DNA of 64,000 nucleotides. It comes from an uncultured Bacilli bacterium (GTDB lineage Bacteria > Bacillota_I > Bacilli_A > RF39 > UBA660). A program made the translations under genes and the position numbers. The stretch covers positions 14,153-78,152 of the forward strand of contig CAKOXX010000004.1 of NCBI GenBank assembly GCA_934130405.1, given 5' to 3'. How positions within the stretch are numbered: position 1 is the first letter of the stretch; each line of letters starts with the position of its first letter. A model generated the notes under the pieces. The model was not told the origin of the DNA and searched no databases. It was given only the letters and a program-made list of their open reading frames with translations. Positions 37,678-47,224 of the stretch are shown here, piece after piece.

Positions 37678-38361
37678 ATGGAAGTATATAAAATTATAGG
37701 TTTGCTGTTAGTAGTAATTGCAATACTAATTTCTTCAATGTTATCAATTGTATATTATGTAAGACATGCCAAATATAAAAAAGTTAATACTTCATTAGGA
37801 AAAACTGGTGGAGAGATAGCAACTATTTTATTAAAAAAATATAATCTTAAAGATATTAAACTAGAAAAAATTTCTGGAAAAGAAAGATACTTTTTCACAT
37901 CTGATACGATTTATTTATCAGAAGATATATATAGTGGAAAAACATTATATGATACAGCTGTTAGTGCTTATACAACTTACTCTTTTATTAAAAAGATTGA
38001 AAGTAAATATTTAATTAAATTTTTGGAAAATTTATCATCTTTCTTGAAATATACAATATTATTTGGCTATTCAATTATTGTATTGGGACTTAGTTTTGAA
38101 ATAAGTAATTTAGTTTGGATTGGAATTTATCTTCTTGTCTTTGCTTTCATTACCAATCTATGGTTGTTTTTAGAAGAAAATAAATTAACTCGCCTGATTG
38201 TAATGGAACTTAGAGATGATGAAATAATTGATATAAAAGAAAAAGAGTCTTTAACTAAGATGTTGTCATCTATTATTAATTTATCTGTTGCTTCATTAGT
38301 TTTTAACTTAACATCTTCGTTTCAAAAAATAATTAATATTCTAATAAATGATGAGGAGTAA
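37678..38361 (+). CDS. YugP-like (Zn-peptidase family) membrane protein lacking the HExxH motif
   Basis: Aligns by eye with YugP (KYKKVNTSLGKTGGEIA..., LSEDIYSGKTL...), but the HExxH position reads YTTYS. Confidence 0.55.
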   Translation: MEVYKIIGLLLVVIAILISSMLSIVYYVRHAKYKKVNTSLGKTGGEIATILLKKYNLKDIKLEKISGKERYFFTSDTIYLSEDIYSGKTLYDTAVSAYTTYSFIKKIESKYLIKFLENLSSFLKYTILFGYSIIVLGLSFEISNLVWIGIYLLVFAFITNLWLFLEENKLTRLIVMELRDDEIIDIKEKESLTKMLSSIINLSVASLVFNLTSSFQKIINILINDEE

Positions 38362-38365
38362 TAAT

Positions 38366-38740
38366 ATGAACTTAAATGAAATAAATCCTTTAGTACTTGC
38401 TTATTTGGGAGACAGTGTTTATGAAACTTATATTAGACTTTATTTAGTAAAGCAAAATATTCCAACTATTGGAAAGCTTCAGCATACCTCTCTTTTTTAT
38501 GTTACTGCAAAAAGTCAAGCTAATATTCTTGATAGATTAATAAAAACTAATTTTTTTAATGATGAAGAGTTAGATATCATTAGGAGAGCAAGAAATACTA
38601 AAGGACATAAACCACCAAAAGGTTGTGATTTGGCCACTTATCACTTTGCTACCGCATTTGAAGCAGTGATAGGTTATTTATATTTAAAAGGTAATAATGA
38701 TAAAATAAAAAAACTAATGGAACAAGTAGAAATGGAGTAA
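38366..38740 (+). CDS. mrnC: Mini-ribonuclease 3 (MrnC/YazC)
   Basis: LAYLGDSVYE RNase III signature. Small size, no dsRBD. Syntenic after cysS. Confidence 0.87.
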   Translation: MNLNEINPLVLAYLGDSVYETYIRLYLVKQNIPTIGKLQHTSLFYVTAKSQANILDRLIKTNFFNDEELDIIRRARNTKGHKPPKGCDLATYHFATAFEAVIGYLYLKGNNDKIKKLMEQVEME

Positions 38741-38742
38741 TT

Positions 38743-39444
38743 ATGATAGTATATGGTTATAATGTAGCAGAGGCTATTTTAAAAAATAAAAATTTGTGCA
38801 AAAAAGTACGAAAAATCGTAATTCAGGATAGTTTGAGGGCCAAATTTGCCAATTTGCTCCCTGAAAATGCCAAATTCAGGGTAGTTTATGTCCGAAAATG
38901 CGAAATTGACTTTTTGGCAAAAGGACTACATCAGGGTATAATGATTGACATGGACTATTCATATTGTTCATTATGGGACTTTTTAAAGAAGAATCCTAGT
39001 TCAGTTGTTATTTTAGATCATTTAGAAGATCCACATAACTTTGGAGCTATCATAAGAACAGCAAAAGCTGCTGGGTTTGATGGAATTATAATTCCTAAAG
39101 ATAGAGGAGTAGGAGTTACAAGTACTGTCGTTAAAACTAGTGTAGGAACAATTTTTGATATTGATGTAGTACAAGTTACTAATCTAAAAAATACTATTGA
39201 TGAGTTAAAAAAAGAAGGTTTTTGGATAGTGGGAACCGATATGGCTGGAAGTGACTATCGCAGTATCGACTATACTGGAAAAATAGCATTAGTTATTGGA
39301 AATGAAGGCAAAGGAATGAGTAAGTTAGTAAAAGATAATTGTGATTTTCTAGCAACTATTCCTTTAGCACAAAATGTAGAAAGTCTAAATGCCTCTGTAG
39401 CAGCTGGCATAATGATGTATGAGGTAGTTCGAAATAGAAAGTAG
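38743..39444 (+). CDS. rlmB: 23S rRNA (guanosine-2'-O)-methyltransferase RlmB/YacO (SpoU/TrmH family)
   Basis: SpoU motifs DPHNFGAIIRTA, LVIGNEGKGMS and SLNASVAAGI. Confidence 0.87.
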   Translation: MIVYGYNVAEAILKNKNLCKKVRKIVIQDSLRAKFANLLPENAKFRVVYVRKCEIDFLAKGLHQGIMIDMDYSYCSLWDFLKKNPSSVVILDHLEDPHNFGAIIRTAKAAGFDGIIIPKDRGVGVTSTVVKTSVGTIFDIDVVQVTNLKNTIDELKKEGFWIVGTDMAGSDYRSIDYTGKIALVIGNEGKGMSKLVKDNCDFLATIPLAQNVESLNASVAAGIMMYEVVRNRK

Positions 39445-39450
39445 GTATTT

Positions 39451-40059
39451 ATGAAATACTATAATGATTACGAACTTCTTTATCTAATCAGTGAAGAGGA
39501 TGAGATAGCTAAAGATATCCTTAAAAGAAAGTATGCACCATTAATCTATGAAAAAGCCAAGGAATACTATCAAGGTAATTCTTACAATATTCCTTCTTTT
39601 TCCTTTGATGAATTAATTGCCTTAGCGAATGATACCTTACTAAGAGCAGCTAGAAATTATAATCAAGATCAGAAAGCTGTTTTCTATACTTATTTCTTAG
39701 TATGTCTTAATAGAGAATTTTCATTATATAAAAGAGGATTGCTAGCAAAAAAGAATCAGTTATTTTATGACCAAACACAAGATATAACTTCTTATGAAAT
39801 TAATGATTATATTACAGAGGAAGTAAAATGGGATAATGATCCTTGTAAACTTTCTGAAGAAAAAGAATTATTTGATTTTATTAAAGAATATATGTATGGT
39901 TTAGAAGGCTATGAAAGAAAAGTGTTTGAATTAAGATTTAATGGATTTAAATATGTAGAAATTGGTACACTTTTAGGAATATCAACTGTAAGCGTTGGTA
40001 AAATAGTAGAAAAACTTAAGAAAAATTTGAAACAAGAATTGAAAAAACAGTTTGAATAG
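39451..40059 (+). CDS. Sigma-70-family sigma factor, sigma-H-like by position
   Basis: Region-2-like N-terminal half and a region-4 HTH (YVEIGTLLGISTVSVGKIVEKLKK). Sits after rlmB, where sigH lies in Bacilli. Confidence 0.68.
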   Translation: MKYYNDYELLYLISEEDEIAKDILKRKYAPLIYEKAKEYYQGNSYNIPSFSFDELIALANDTLLRAARNYNQDQKAVFYTYFLVCLNREFSLYKRGLLAKKNQLFYDQTQDITSYEINDYITEEVKWDNDPCKLSEEKELFDFIKEYMYGLEGYERKVFELRFNGFKYVEIGTLLGISTVSVGKIVEKLKKNLKQELKKQFE

Positions 40060-40080
40060 GTTATTATTAAACTAGGGTGA

Positions 40081-40722
40081 GTGTATGTGAGAGTATTACT
40101 AAAAGATTATATGAATTCTTATCACGATACAAAAGAATATCAGCAGACCTTTTACATAATGGATAAGACACTAAAGTATATACATGAAAATAATTATCAA
40201 GTGTATTCTTTTAATCCAGAAGAAATAGTTCTTTATAAAGAACAAGATAAAATGCTGGGAGTAGATTATCAAAACATAACTGCGCTATCATCTGAAGCTA
40301 CTAATGAGATACATCAAAATATGTTTAATTTAGCTCTTTTAGAAGTGGCAATTTATACCTCGACGTATCCTTATTTAAAGCCTGATTTTTTGAAAGAAAA
40401 TTTTAAGGAAATATCAATGCTCTTGCCGAGTGAAGATGTTCCTTATTATCGAAGAAATCTAGTTGAAAAAAATAACTTCTATTATAGTGATTATTGTGAT
40501 GCTAGAAATAAAAATGAAATAGAAAAGATAAATAGAAGTCTAGAAACTGAAGGTGGTAGAGGAAGAGGATTGGTCAAATCTACTCCATATGGAGCTCTTT
40601 ATCAAAATTTAGGTGATGATAATAATAAGTCAGCATTTGTTACTAGATTTATTTTACCATTCATTATTATTTCGCTTAGTCTTTTAATACCAATATTAGC
40701 AATTATGTTTTCAAGAATGTAA
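40081..40722 (+). CDS. Tail-anchored protein of unknown function
   Basis: Soluble ~185-aa domain plus a single C-terminal TM helix (FILPFIIISLSLLIPILAIMF). The start is uncertain (GTG at 40081/40087 or ATG at 40111). Confidence 0.5.
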   Translation: MYVRVLLKDYMNSYHDTKEYQQTFYIMDKTLKYIHENNYQVYSFNPEEIVLYKEQDKMLGVDYQNITALSSEATNEIHQNMFNLALLEVAIYTSTYPYLKPDFLKENFKEISMLLPSEDVPYYRRNLVEKNNFYYSDYCDARNKNEIEKINRSLETEGGRGRGLVKSTPYGALYQNLGDDNNKSAFVTRFILPFIIISLSLLIPILAIMFSRM

Positions 40723-40726
40723 TGTA

Positions 40727-40766
40727 AAACACTATGTAATATAAATTTGCATATAGTGTTTTTTCT
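40727..40766 (+). terminator. Rho-independent terminator
   Basis: AAACACTATG...CATATAGTGTTT stem followed by a T-run. Confidence 0.6.
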
Positions 40767-40789
40767 ATGTAAGTAAATTATTTTGACCA

Positions 40790-40816
40790 TAAAAAAACCT
40801 TACGCAAAGTAAGGTC
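40790..40816 (-). terminator. Rho-independent terminator of hup
   Basis: ACCTTAC-gcaaa-GTAAGGT stem, with T7 on the minus strand. Confidence 0.7.
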
Positions 40817-40825
40817 TTAGAACTA

Positions 40826-41101
40826 TTATTTATTAACAGCCTCTTTTAAAGCAGTTCCAGCTTTGAATCCAACATTTTTGCTAGCTGCGATATGGATTGT
40901 TTCACCAGTTTGTGGGTTGCGTCCATCACGAGCAGCACGTTCAGAAATTTTGAATACACCAAATCCTGCTACAGATACTTTATTTCCTTTTACAAGTTCA
41001 TCTTTAAATAAATCAAATGTTGCAGAAAAAACTTTTTCAACATCAGATTTGCTTAAACCTGTTGTACTTGCAATAGCTTCCATCATTTCAGACTTTTTCA
41101 T
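40826..41101 (-). CDS. hup: DNA-binding protein HU
   Basis: 91 aa. GFGVFKISERAARDGRNPQTGE matches the HU arm. Confidence 0.96.
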   Translation of the reverse strand: MKKSEMMEAIASTTGLSKSDVEKVFSATFDLFKDELVKGNKVSVAGFGVFKISERAARDGRNPQTGETIHIAASKNVGFKAGTALKEAVNK

Positions 41102-41250
41102 TGTTTCACCTCCTGTACTGTCTAATTCATTATAGCATAGATTTTTTAGAAAAGTATACGTTTAATAGTTAAATAATAGATAAAATTTACATTTTTTGCT
41201 AAATATGTGGGTAAAATATAAATAAAAGGACAATAATATAGAAAATATGT

Positions 41251-41279
41251 TTGAATTTAACTGGAGATTATGATATATT
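41251..41279 (+). promoter_or_regulatory. Candidate uvrA promoter
   Basis: TTGAAT, 17 nt, TATATT, preceded by TG (extended -10). Confidence 0.4.
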
Positions 41280-41346
41280 ACTATACAGAAAATTCTTTTC
41301 TTTTTTTAGAAAAGTGTTATACTAACAATCGAAATGGGGTGTTACT

Positions 41347-44154
41347 ATGGACAAAATAATAGTAAAAGGAGCAAGAGAAAATAATTTAAAAAATGTAAAT
41401 ATTGAACTTCCTAAAAATAAACTAATTGTTATGACAGGACTTTCTGGAAGTGGAAAGAGTTCACTAGCCTTTGATACAATCTATGCTGAAGGACAAAGAA
41501 GATATGTGGAAAGTTTATCTGCCTATGCAAGACAATTTTTGGGAGGTAGTGAAAAACCAGATGTAGATTCTATTGAAGGACTTTCTCCTGCTATTAGTAT
41601 TGACCAAAAAACAACAAATAAAAATCCACGAAGCACAGTAGGGACAGTAACTGAAATATATGATTATTTAAGACTTTTATTTGCAAGAGTAGGGGTACCT
41701 TATTGTCCGACACATAATATTCCAATTAAAAGTCAAAGTGTGGAAGAAATAACAAATAAAATATTAGAATATGACGAAGGAACCAAAATAGTTTTATTAG
41801 CACCAGCTGTTTATGGTGAAAAAGGTACACATAAAGAATTACTTTCAGATTTAATGAGCGAAGGCTATATTCGTGTACGCATTAATGGTGAGATGTATGA
41901 TTTATCAGAGAAGATAGAACTAGATAAAAATAAAAAGGATAATATTGAAGTAGTAGTTGATAGATTAGTACTTAAAGAAGGAATTAGAGGAAGACTTAGT
42001 GAAGGAATAGAAAATGCTTTAAAATTAGGACACGGAAAAGTAGTAGTACAATTCAATCTATCTAAAGAATTAGTGTTTTCTGAAGACTTTGCTTGTCCTT
42101 ATTGTGATTTTTCACTACCAGAGTTGGAACCGAGAATCTTTAGTTTTAATGCTCCATATGGTGCTTGTAAGGAATGTAAAGGTCTAGGAGTAAAGTTACA
42201 AATGGACCCGGATTTAGTAATTCCTAATAAAGATTTGAGTTTAGAACAAGGAGCGATAGTAACATTAGGTGATGATACTGATGGAATATACTATAAAAAG
42301 TTAGAATGTCTTTGTAAACATTATAAAATTAGTACTAAAAAACCATTTAAGAAACTAACTGATAGAGAAAAAGAGTTAATTCTTTATGGTAGTGATGAAC
42401 CAATACTATTTGATTATAAATCTAAGAGTGGTAATCATTTTCATCAAGTCGATTATTATGAAGGAATAATCAATAACTTGGAAAGAAGATATATGGAGAC
42501 TACTAGCACTTGGATTAGAGAATGGTTAGAGAAGTTTATGATTGAACACACTTGTGAAGAATGTAAAGGTTCAAGACTTCAAGATAATGTTTTATCAGTT
42601 TTAGTTGGTGGAAAAAACATCTATGAATTAACCTGCATGAGTATAAAAGATTTAATACCATTCTTTACAGAATTAAAACTAGGAGAAGAACAATTAAAAA
42701 TAGCAGACTTGTTATTAAAAGAAATCTTATCAAGATTAACCTTCTTAAGAAATGTTGGACTTGAGTATTTAACATTAGCAAGAAGTGCTGCTACTTTATC
42801 AGGCGGTGAAGCACAAAGAATTAGACTTGCTACGCAAATAGGTTCAAGACTAACAGGTGTACTATATGTATTAGATGAACCAAGTATTGGCCTTCATCAA
42901 AGAGATAATGATAGACTGATTAAATCTTTACTAGAAATGCGTGATTTAGGTAATACTTTAATAGTAGTGGAACATGATACTGATACAATGTTAGCAGCTG
43001 ACTATCTAGTTGATGTTGGACCTAAAGCAGGAGATGAAGGTGGTAGGATAGTAGCTGCTGGAACCCCAGAAGAAGTGATGAAAAATGATAAAAGTATAAC
43101 AGGACGTTATTTAAGTGGTAAAGAATGCATTGAAGTACCAAAAATAAGAAGAAAAGGCACTGGTAAATTCATAACTATTAAAGGAGCTCAAGAAAATAAC
43201 TTAAAAAATATAACTGCTAAGATACCACTTGGAACATTTACCTGTATAACAGGAGTAAGTGGAAGTGGAAAGAGTACTTTAATAAATGAAATATTAGTTA
43301 AAAGTGCAATGAACTATGTTTATCACAGTAAATATAAACCTGGTAAATGTGATAAAGTTTTAGGACTTGAAAACATTGATAAGATTGTTGATATTTCTCA
43401 GAGTCCGATAGGTCGTACACCAAGAAGTAATCCTGCTACTTATACAGGGGTATTTGATGATATAAGAGAACTATTTACTACTACTAAAGAAGCTAAAATG
43501 TTAGGTTACGAAAAAAATAGATTTTCTTTTAATGTCAAAGGTGGAAGATGTGAAGCTTGTCGTGGAGATGGAGTTAAAAAGATAGAAATGCATTTCTTAC
43601 CAGATGTTTATGTTCCTTGTGAAGTTTGTCATGGAACTCGTTATAATCAAGAGACTTTGAAAATAAAATATAAAGAGAAGAATATTGCTGATGTTTTAGA
43701 TATGCGTGTACATGAAGCTTTAAAATTCTTCGAAAATCATAGTAAAATAAAAAATAAATTGCAAGTATTAGAAGATGTTGGATTAGGTTATGTTAAACTT
43801 GGTCAAAGTGCTCCAACCTTATCAGGAGGAGAAGCAGAACGAGTAAAACTTGCCAAAGAATTACAAAAGAAAGCAACTGGAAAAACCTTATTTGTATTAG
43901 ATGAACCAACGACAGGTTTACATACTGATGATATTAAGCGCTTGCTTGCAATTTTACAAAAAATAGTAGATAATAATGATACAGTAGTAGTGATTGAACA
44001 CAACTTAGACGTAATAAAATGTGCTGATTATATAATTGATTTAGGAAAAGAAGGTGGCGATTTAGGTGGAGAAATAATTGCTACTGGTACACCAGAAGAG
44101 ATTAGTAAAGTTAAAGAATCTTATACGGGGGTATTCCTAAAGAAAATTTTATAG
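41347..44154 (+). CDS. uvrA: Excinuclease ABC subunit A
   Basis: Two ABC modules (GLSGSGKSS, GVSGSGKST; LSGGEAQR, LSGGEAER) and zinc-finger CxxC pairs. Confidence 0.97.
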   Translation: MDKIIVKGARENNLKNVNIELPKNKLIVMTGLSGSGKSSLAFDTIYAEGQRRYVESLSAYARQFLGGSEKPDVDSIEGLSPAISIDQKTTNKNPRSTVGTVTEIYDYLRLLFARVGVPYCPTHNIPIKSQSVEEITNKILEYDEGTKIVLLAPAVYGEKGTHKELLSDLMSEGYIRVRINGEMYDLSEKIELDKNKKDNIEVVVDRLVLKEGIRGRLSEGIENALKLGHGKVVVQFNLSKELVFSEDFACPYCDFSLPELEPRIFSFNAPYGACKECKGLGVKLQMDPDLVIPNKDLSLEQGAIVTLGDDTDGIYYKKLECLCKHYKISTKKPFKKLTDREKELILYGSDEPILFDYKSKSGNHFHQVDYYEGIINNLERRYMETTSTWIREWLEKFMIEHTCEECKGSRLQDNVLSVLVGGKNIYELTCMSIKDLIPFFTELKLGEEQLKIADLLLKEILSRLTFLRNVGLEYLTLARSAATLSGGEAQRIRLATQIGSRLTGVLYVLDEPSIGLHQRDNDRLIKSLLEMRDLGNTLIVVEHDTDTMLAADYLVDVGPKAGDEGGRIVAAGTPEEVMKNDKSITGRYLSGKECIEVPKIRRKGTGKFITIKGAQENNLKNITAKIPLGTFTCITGVSGSGKSTLINEILVKSAMNYVYHSKYKPGKCDKVLGLENIDKIVDISQSPIGRTPRSNPATYTGVFDDIRELFTTTKEAKMLGYEKNRFSFNVKGGRCEACRGDGVKKIEMHFLPDVYVPCEVCHGTRYNQETLKIKYKEKNIADVLDMRVHEALKFFENHSKIKNKLQVLEDVGLGYVKLGQSAPTLSGGEAERVKLAKELQKKATGKTLFVLDEPTTGLHTDDIKRLLAILQKIVDNNDTVVVIEHNLDVIKCADYIIDLGKEGGDLGGEIIATGTPEEISKVKESYTGVFLKKIL

Positions 44155-44165
44155 GAGGAAAAAAA

Positions 44166-44591
44166 ATGAAAATTGTTGTCTTAGCTAAAGGAAAAGAAAG
44201 ATTAAATAGAGCAATAGAGTGGCTATTATATTTTGTTTCTTATCTATTTGTTTTCTTTCTAGTAAGTAAACTATTTAAATCATTTTATATTGATAAAGTA
44301 CATCCTTTGTTTTATAGTACCTTAGCAACCTTTATTTTATATGTACTTAATAAAACGGTAAAACCAATATTAGTTAGTTTAACGATACCAATAACAGGTA
44401 TTACTCTGGGTCTTTTTTACCCTTTTATTAACTTGTTTGTTTTAAAACTAACAGATTGGATTTTAGGTAGTCATTTTGATTTGAATGACTTTTGGGTAGC
44501 ACTTGTTATATCTATTCTTATTTCTGTTATGAATTTTGTAATGGAAGATGTAATAATTGCTCCTTTGATTAGGAGATTTAAAAATGAATAG
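44166..44591 (+). CDS. YvlD/DUF360-type (holin family IV-like) membrane protein
   Basis: Four TM helices, 141 aa. The position next to lgt resembles yvlD. Family call is from recall. Confidence 0.55.
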   Translation: MKIVVLAKGKERLNRAIEWLLYFVSYLFVFFLVSKLFKSFYIDKVHPLFYSTLATFILYVLNKTVKPILVSLTIPITGITLGLFYPFINLFVLKLTDWILGSHFDLNDFWVALVISILISVMNFVMEDVIIAPLIRRFKNE

Positions 44592-45384
44592 AGTTTTTTT
44601 AGACCTTGGATTTATTAAAATTTATTACTATACAATTTTCATTTTTTTTGCAATTATTTCTGCTTGCTTACTTATATTTAAAGAAGCAAAAAAACAAAAT
44701 ATTGATAAAGATTTTTTAATAAATACTATTTATTATGTAATTATTTTAGGAATAATTGGCGCAAGAGCTTATTATGTGTTATTTGAATGGTCTTACTATG
44801 TAAAAAATCCATTAGAGATATTTGCTGTTTGGAATGGTGGCCTTGCTATTCATGGTGGAATAATAGCTGGTTTATTGTTTATAATATATTACTGTCGTAA
44901 GAATAAAATTTCTAGTTTGAAATTTTTAGACATAGTAGTAGTAGGTCTTATTTTAGCCCAAGCAATTGGAAGATGGGGTAATTTCTTTAATCAGGAAGCC
45001 TATGGAGCTCTTACTACTAAACAAGAATTAATGAATCTTCATCTACCAACATTTATTATAAATGGAATGTATATAAATGGAAATTATTATCAACCAACAT
45101 TTTTATATGAATCATTGTTTGATTTCATAGGATTTTTAATGCTATTCTTTATTAGATTTTATCCATATTTAAAAGTAGGATTTTTAACGGGCTTTTACTT
45201 GATTTGGTATGGTGTGTCAAGATTCTTTATTGAAGGAATGCGTGGCGATAGTCTAATGCTTGGAAACTTTAAAATGGCACAGATAATATCGATAATAATG
45301 ATAATTTGTGGTATTTATTTATGCTTTATAAAAAATATTAAAAAAAGAAAACTAGAAAATCTATATCATAAGGAGGATTTTTAA
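44584..45384 (+). CDS. lgt: Phosphatidylglycerol--prolipoprotein diacylglyceryl transferase
   Basis: Lgt signature GGLAIHGG, plus GRWGNFFNQE. Confidence 0.93.
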   Translation: MNRVFLDLGFIKIYYYTIFIFFAIISACLLIFKEAKKQNIDKDFLINTIYYVIILGIIGARAYYVLFEWSYYVKNPLEIFAVWNGGLAIHGGIIAGLLFIIYYCRKNKISSLKFLDIVVVGLILAQAIGRWGNFFNQEAYGALTTKQELMNLHLPTFIINGMYINGNYYQPTFLYESLFDFIGFLMLFFIRFYPYLKVGFLTGFYLIWYGVSRFFIEGMRGDSLMLGNFKMAQIISIIMIICGIYLCFIKNIKKRKLENLYHKEDF

Positions 45385-45385
45385 T

Positions 45386-46276
45386 ATGAAATATGATGTT
45401 TTAATAATTGGTTGTGGAGTAGCTGGAATGACTGCTGCTATTTATTTAAAAAGAAGCGGCATTTCTTGTGCTATTTTTGAATCATCTATGCCTGGAGGAC
45501 AAATTGTATCAAACGATAAAATAGAAAATTATCCGGGATTTTCTTCAGTATCGGGAAGTGATTTGGCAATTTCAATTTTAAATCAAGTCAAAGAATTAGA
45601 AATACCCGTTATTTTTGAAAAAGTTGAGAAAGTAAATGATAACCAGGAAGTAAAAGAAGTGGTTACAGATAAAAATACTTATACTAGTTCAAAAATAATA
45701 ATTGCTACTGGAAGAAAATCAAAAAAATTAAATGTTTTATTTGAAGATAAATATCTTAATCACGGTTTAAGCTTTTGTGCTGTTTGTGATGGTAATCTAT
45801 ATAAAGATAAAGATGTAGTAGTAATTGGTGGAGGTGATAGTGCCTTTGAATCTGCTAATTATTTAAGTCATCTTGCTAAAAGTGTTACTTTATTACATAG
45901 AAGAGAAGAATTTAGAGCTAAGAAAAGCTTAGTAGATAAAGTTGAAAATCTAGATAATGTTTCCTTTGTTTTAGGAGAAGTAGTATCTTTCTTGGGAGAA
46001 GATAATTTAACAGGAATAAAATTAAAAGACGAAAGAGTTATTGATTGTGATGCTGTATTTGTTTGTATTGGTCAAATACCAAATACTGAATTTTTAAGTG
46101 ACTTAAATATATTATCAAAAGATAGTTATATTGAAGTAGATAATAATTTTGAGACAAAAATAAAAGGAATATATGCAATTGGTGATTGTGTATTTAAACC
46201 ACACTATCAAATTGTGATTGCTATGAGTGAAGCAGCAAGATGTGCCTTGAACGTAAGGAGTGAGTTAAGTGAATAA
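45386..46276 (+). CDS. trxB: Thioredoxin-disulfide reductase
   Basis: GCGVAG FAD motif, redox CAVC, GGGDSA NADPH motif, HRREEFRA. Confidence 0.88.
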   Translation: MKYDVLIIGCGVAGMTAAIYLKRSGISCAIFESSMPGGQIVSNDKIENYPGFSSVSGSDLAISILNQVKELEIPVIFEKVEKVNDNQEVKEVVTDKNTYTSSKIIIATGRKSKKLNVLFEDKYLNHGLSFCAVCDGNLYKDKDVVVIGGGDSAFESANYLSHLAKSVTLLHRREEFRAKKSLVDKVENLDNVSFVLGEVVSFLGEDNLTGIKLKDERVIDCDAVFVCIGQIPNTEFLSDLNILSKDSYIEVDNNFETKIKGIYAIGDCVFKPHYQIVIAMSEAARCALNVRSELSE

Positions 46277-47219
46277 AAAAGTAGTAGTTTTAGGCGGAGG
46301 AAAGGGAATATCTTATTTACTTGCAGGACTTAAAGATTTTCCTCTTGATATTACAGCAGTTATTACTGTAGCAGATAATGGAAAGAGTACAGGTAAATTA
46401 AGAGAAGAATTTCATATTCCTGCTGTAGGAGATGTTAGAAAAGTTATAACTAGTATGTCAGGTAGTGATGAAAATATTAAGAAAATGTTAGAATATCGTT
46501 TTCATACTACTAGTGACTTAGATGGACATGCTTTAGGAAACTTAATTCTTACTTCTTTATTAGATATAACTGGAAGTTTAAAGGCGTCTATTGAAGAATT
46601 ATCAATCTTATTAGATGTTAAAAGTAAAATTCTTCCTTTAACTGAAGATGAAAATATTACTTTGATGGGTGAAGCAACTGATGGCTCTATAATAGAGGGA
46701 GAAGAAATGATTACAAAATCTCCAAAGAAAATAAAAAGATTGTTTTATAAAGAAGAACCAAATGTATTAAAAGATGTAATAGCTGCTATCAATGAAGCTG
46801 ACCTAGTTTTGCTAAGCATGGGAAGTTTATATACATCTATCTTTCCAAATTTGTTATCCAAAAAAGTAATTGAAGCTTTAGACAAAACTAAATCTCCTAT
46901 TATGTATGTTTGTAATATAGTTACTCAACCAGGAGAAACAGATAATTTTACAGTTAGTGACCATGTTAACTTGATAAATGAATACTTGGGTGAACATAAA
47001 CTAGATGCTGTTATTGCTTCTAATTCTCCAATTTCTAAAGAAATGGCTGAAAAGTATGCTTGTGAGGAAAGAAAAGACCCTGTAAAGATAGATTATGCAG
47101 TGTTAAAGTCATTAGATGTAGAATTTATTGAAGCGGATTTATTAACGATTGCTGATAATACTTTGAAGCATCATAGTCAAAAACTTAGTTCATTAATATT
47201 CTCCTATTTAATGAGGTGA
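46269..47219 (+). CDS. yvcK: YvcK/CofD-like gluconeogenesis and cell-shape factor
   Basis: VVLGGGKG N-terminus and VADNGKSTG motif. Followed by whiA. Confidence 0.88.
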   Translation: MNKKVVVLGGGKGISYLLAGLKDFPLDITAVITVADNGKSTGKLREEFHIPAVGDVRKVITSMSGSDENIKKMLEYRFHTTSDLDGHALGNLILTSLLDITGSLKASIEELSILLDVKSKILPLTEDENITLMGEATDGSIIEGEEMITKSPKKIKRLFYKEEPNVLKDVIAAINEADLVLLSMGSLYTSIFPNLLSKKVIEALDKTKSPIMYVCNIVTQPGETDNFTVSDHVNLINEYLGEHKLDAVIASNSPISKEMAEKYACEERKDPVKIDYAVLKSLDVEFIEADLLTIADNTLKHHSQKLSSLIFSYLMR

Positions 47220-47224
47220 TAATT

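Noticed and set aside
40863-41135. 90-aa plus-strand ORF overlapping hup
   Set aside because: It is antisense to the unmistakable HU gene, so it is a shadow ORF.
41240-41253. Possible LexA (Cheo-type) box AGAAA-ATAT-GTTTG overlapping the -35 of the candidate uvrA promoter
   Set aside because: It matches CGAAC-N4-GTTCG at only about 7 of 10 positions and is not a true palindrome. The position is suggestive, but the match is too weak to call without the organism's own LexA motif.
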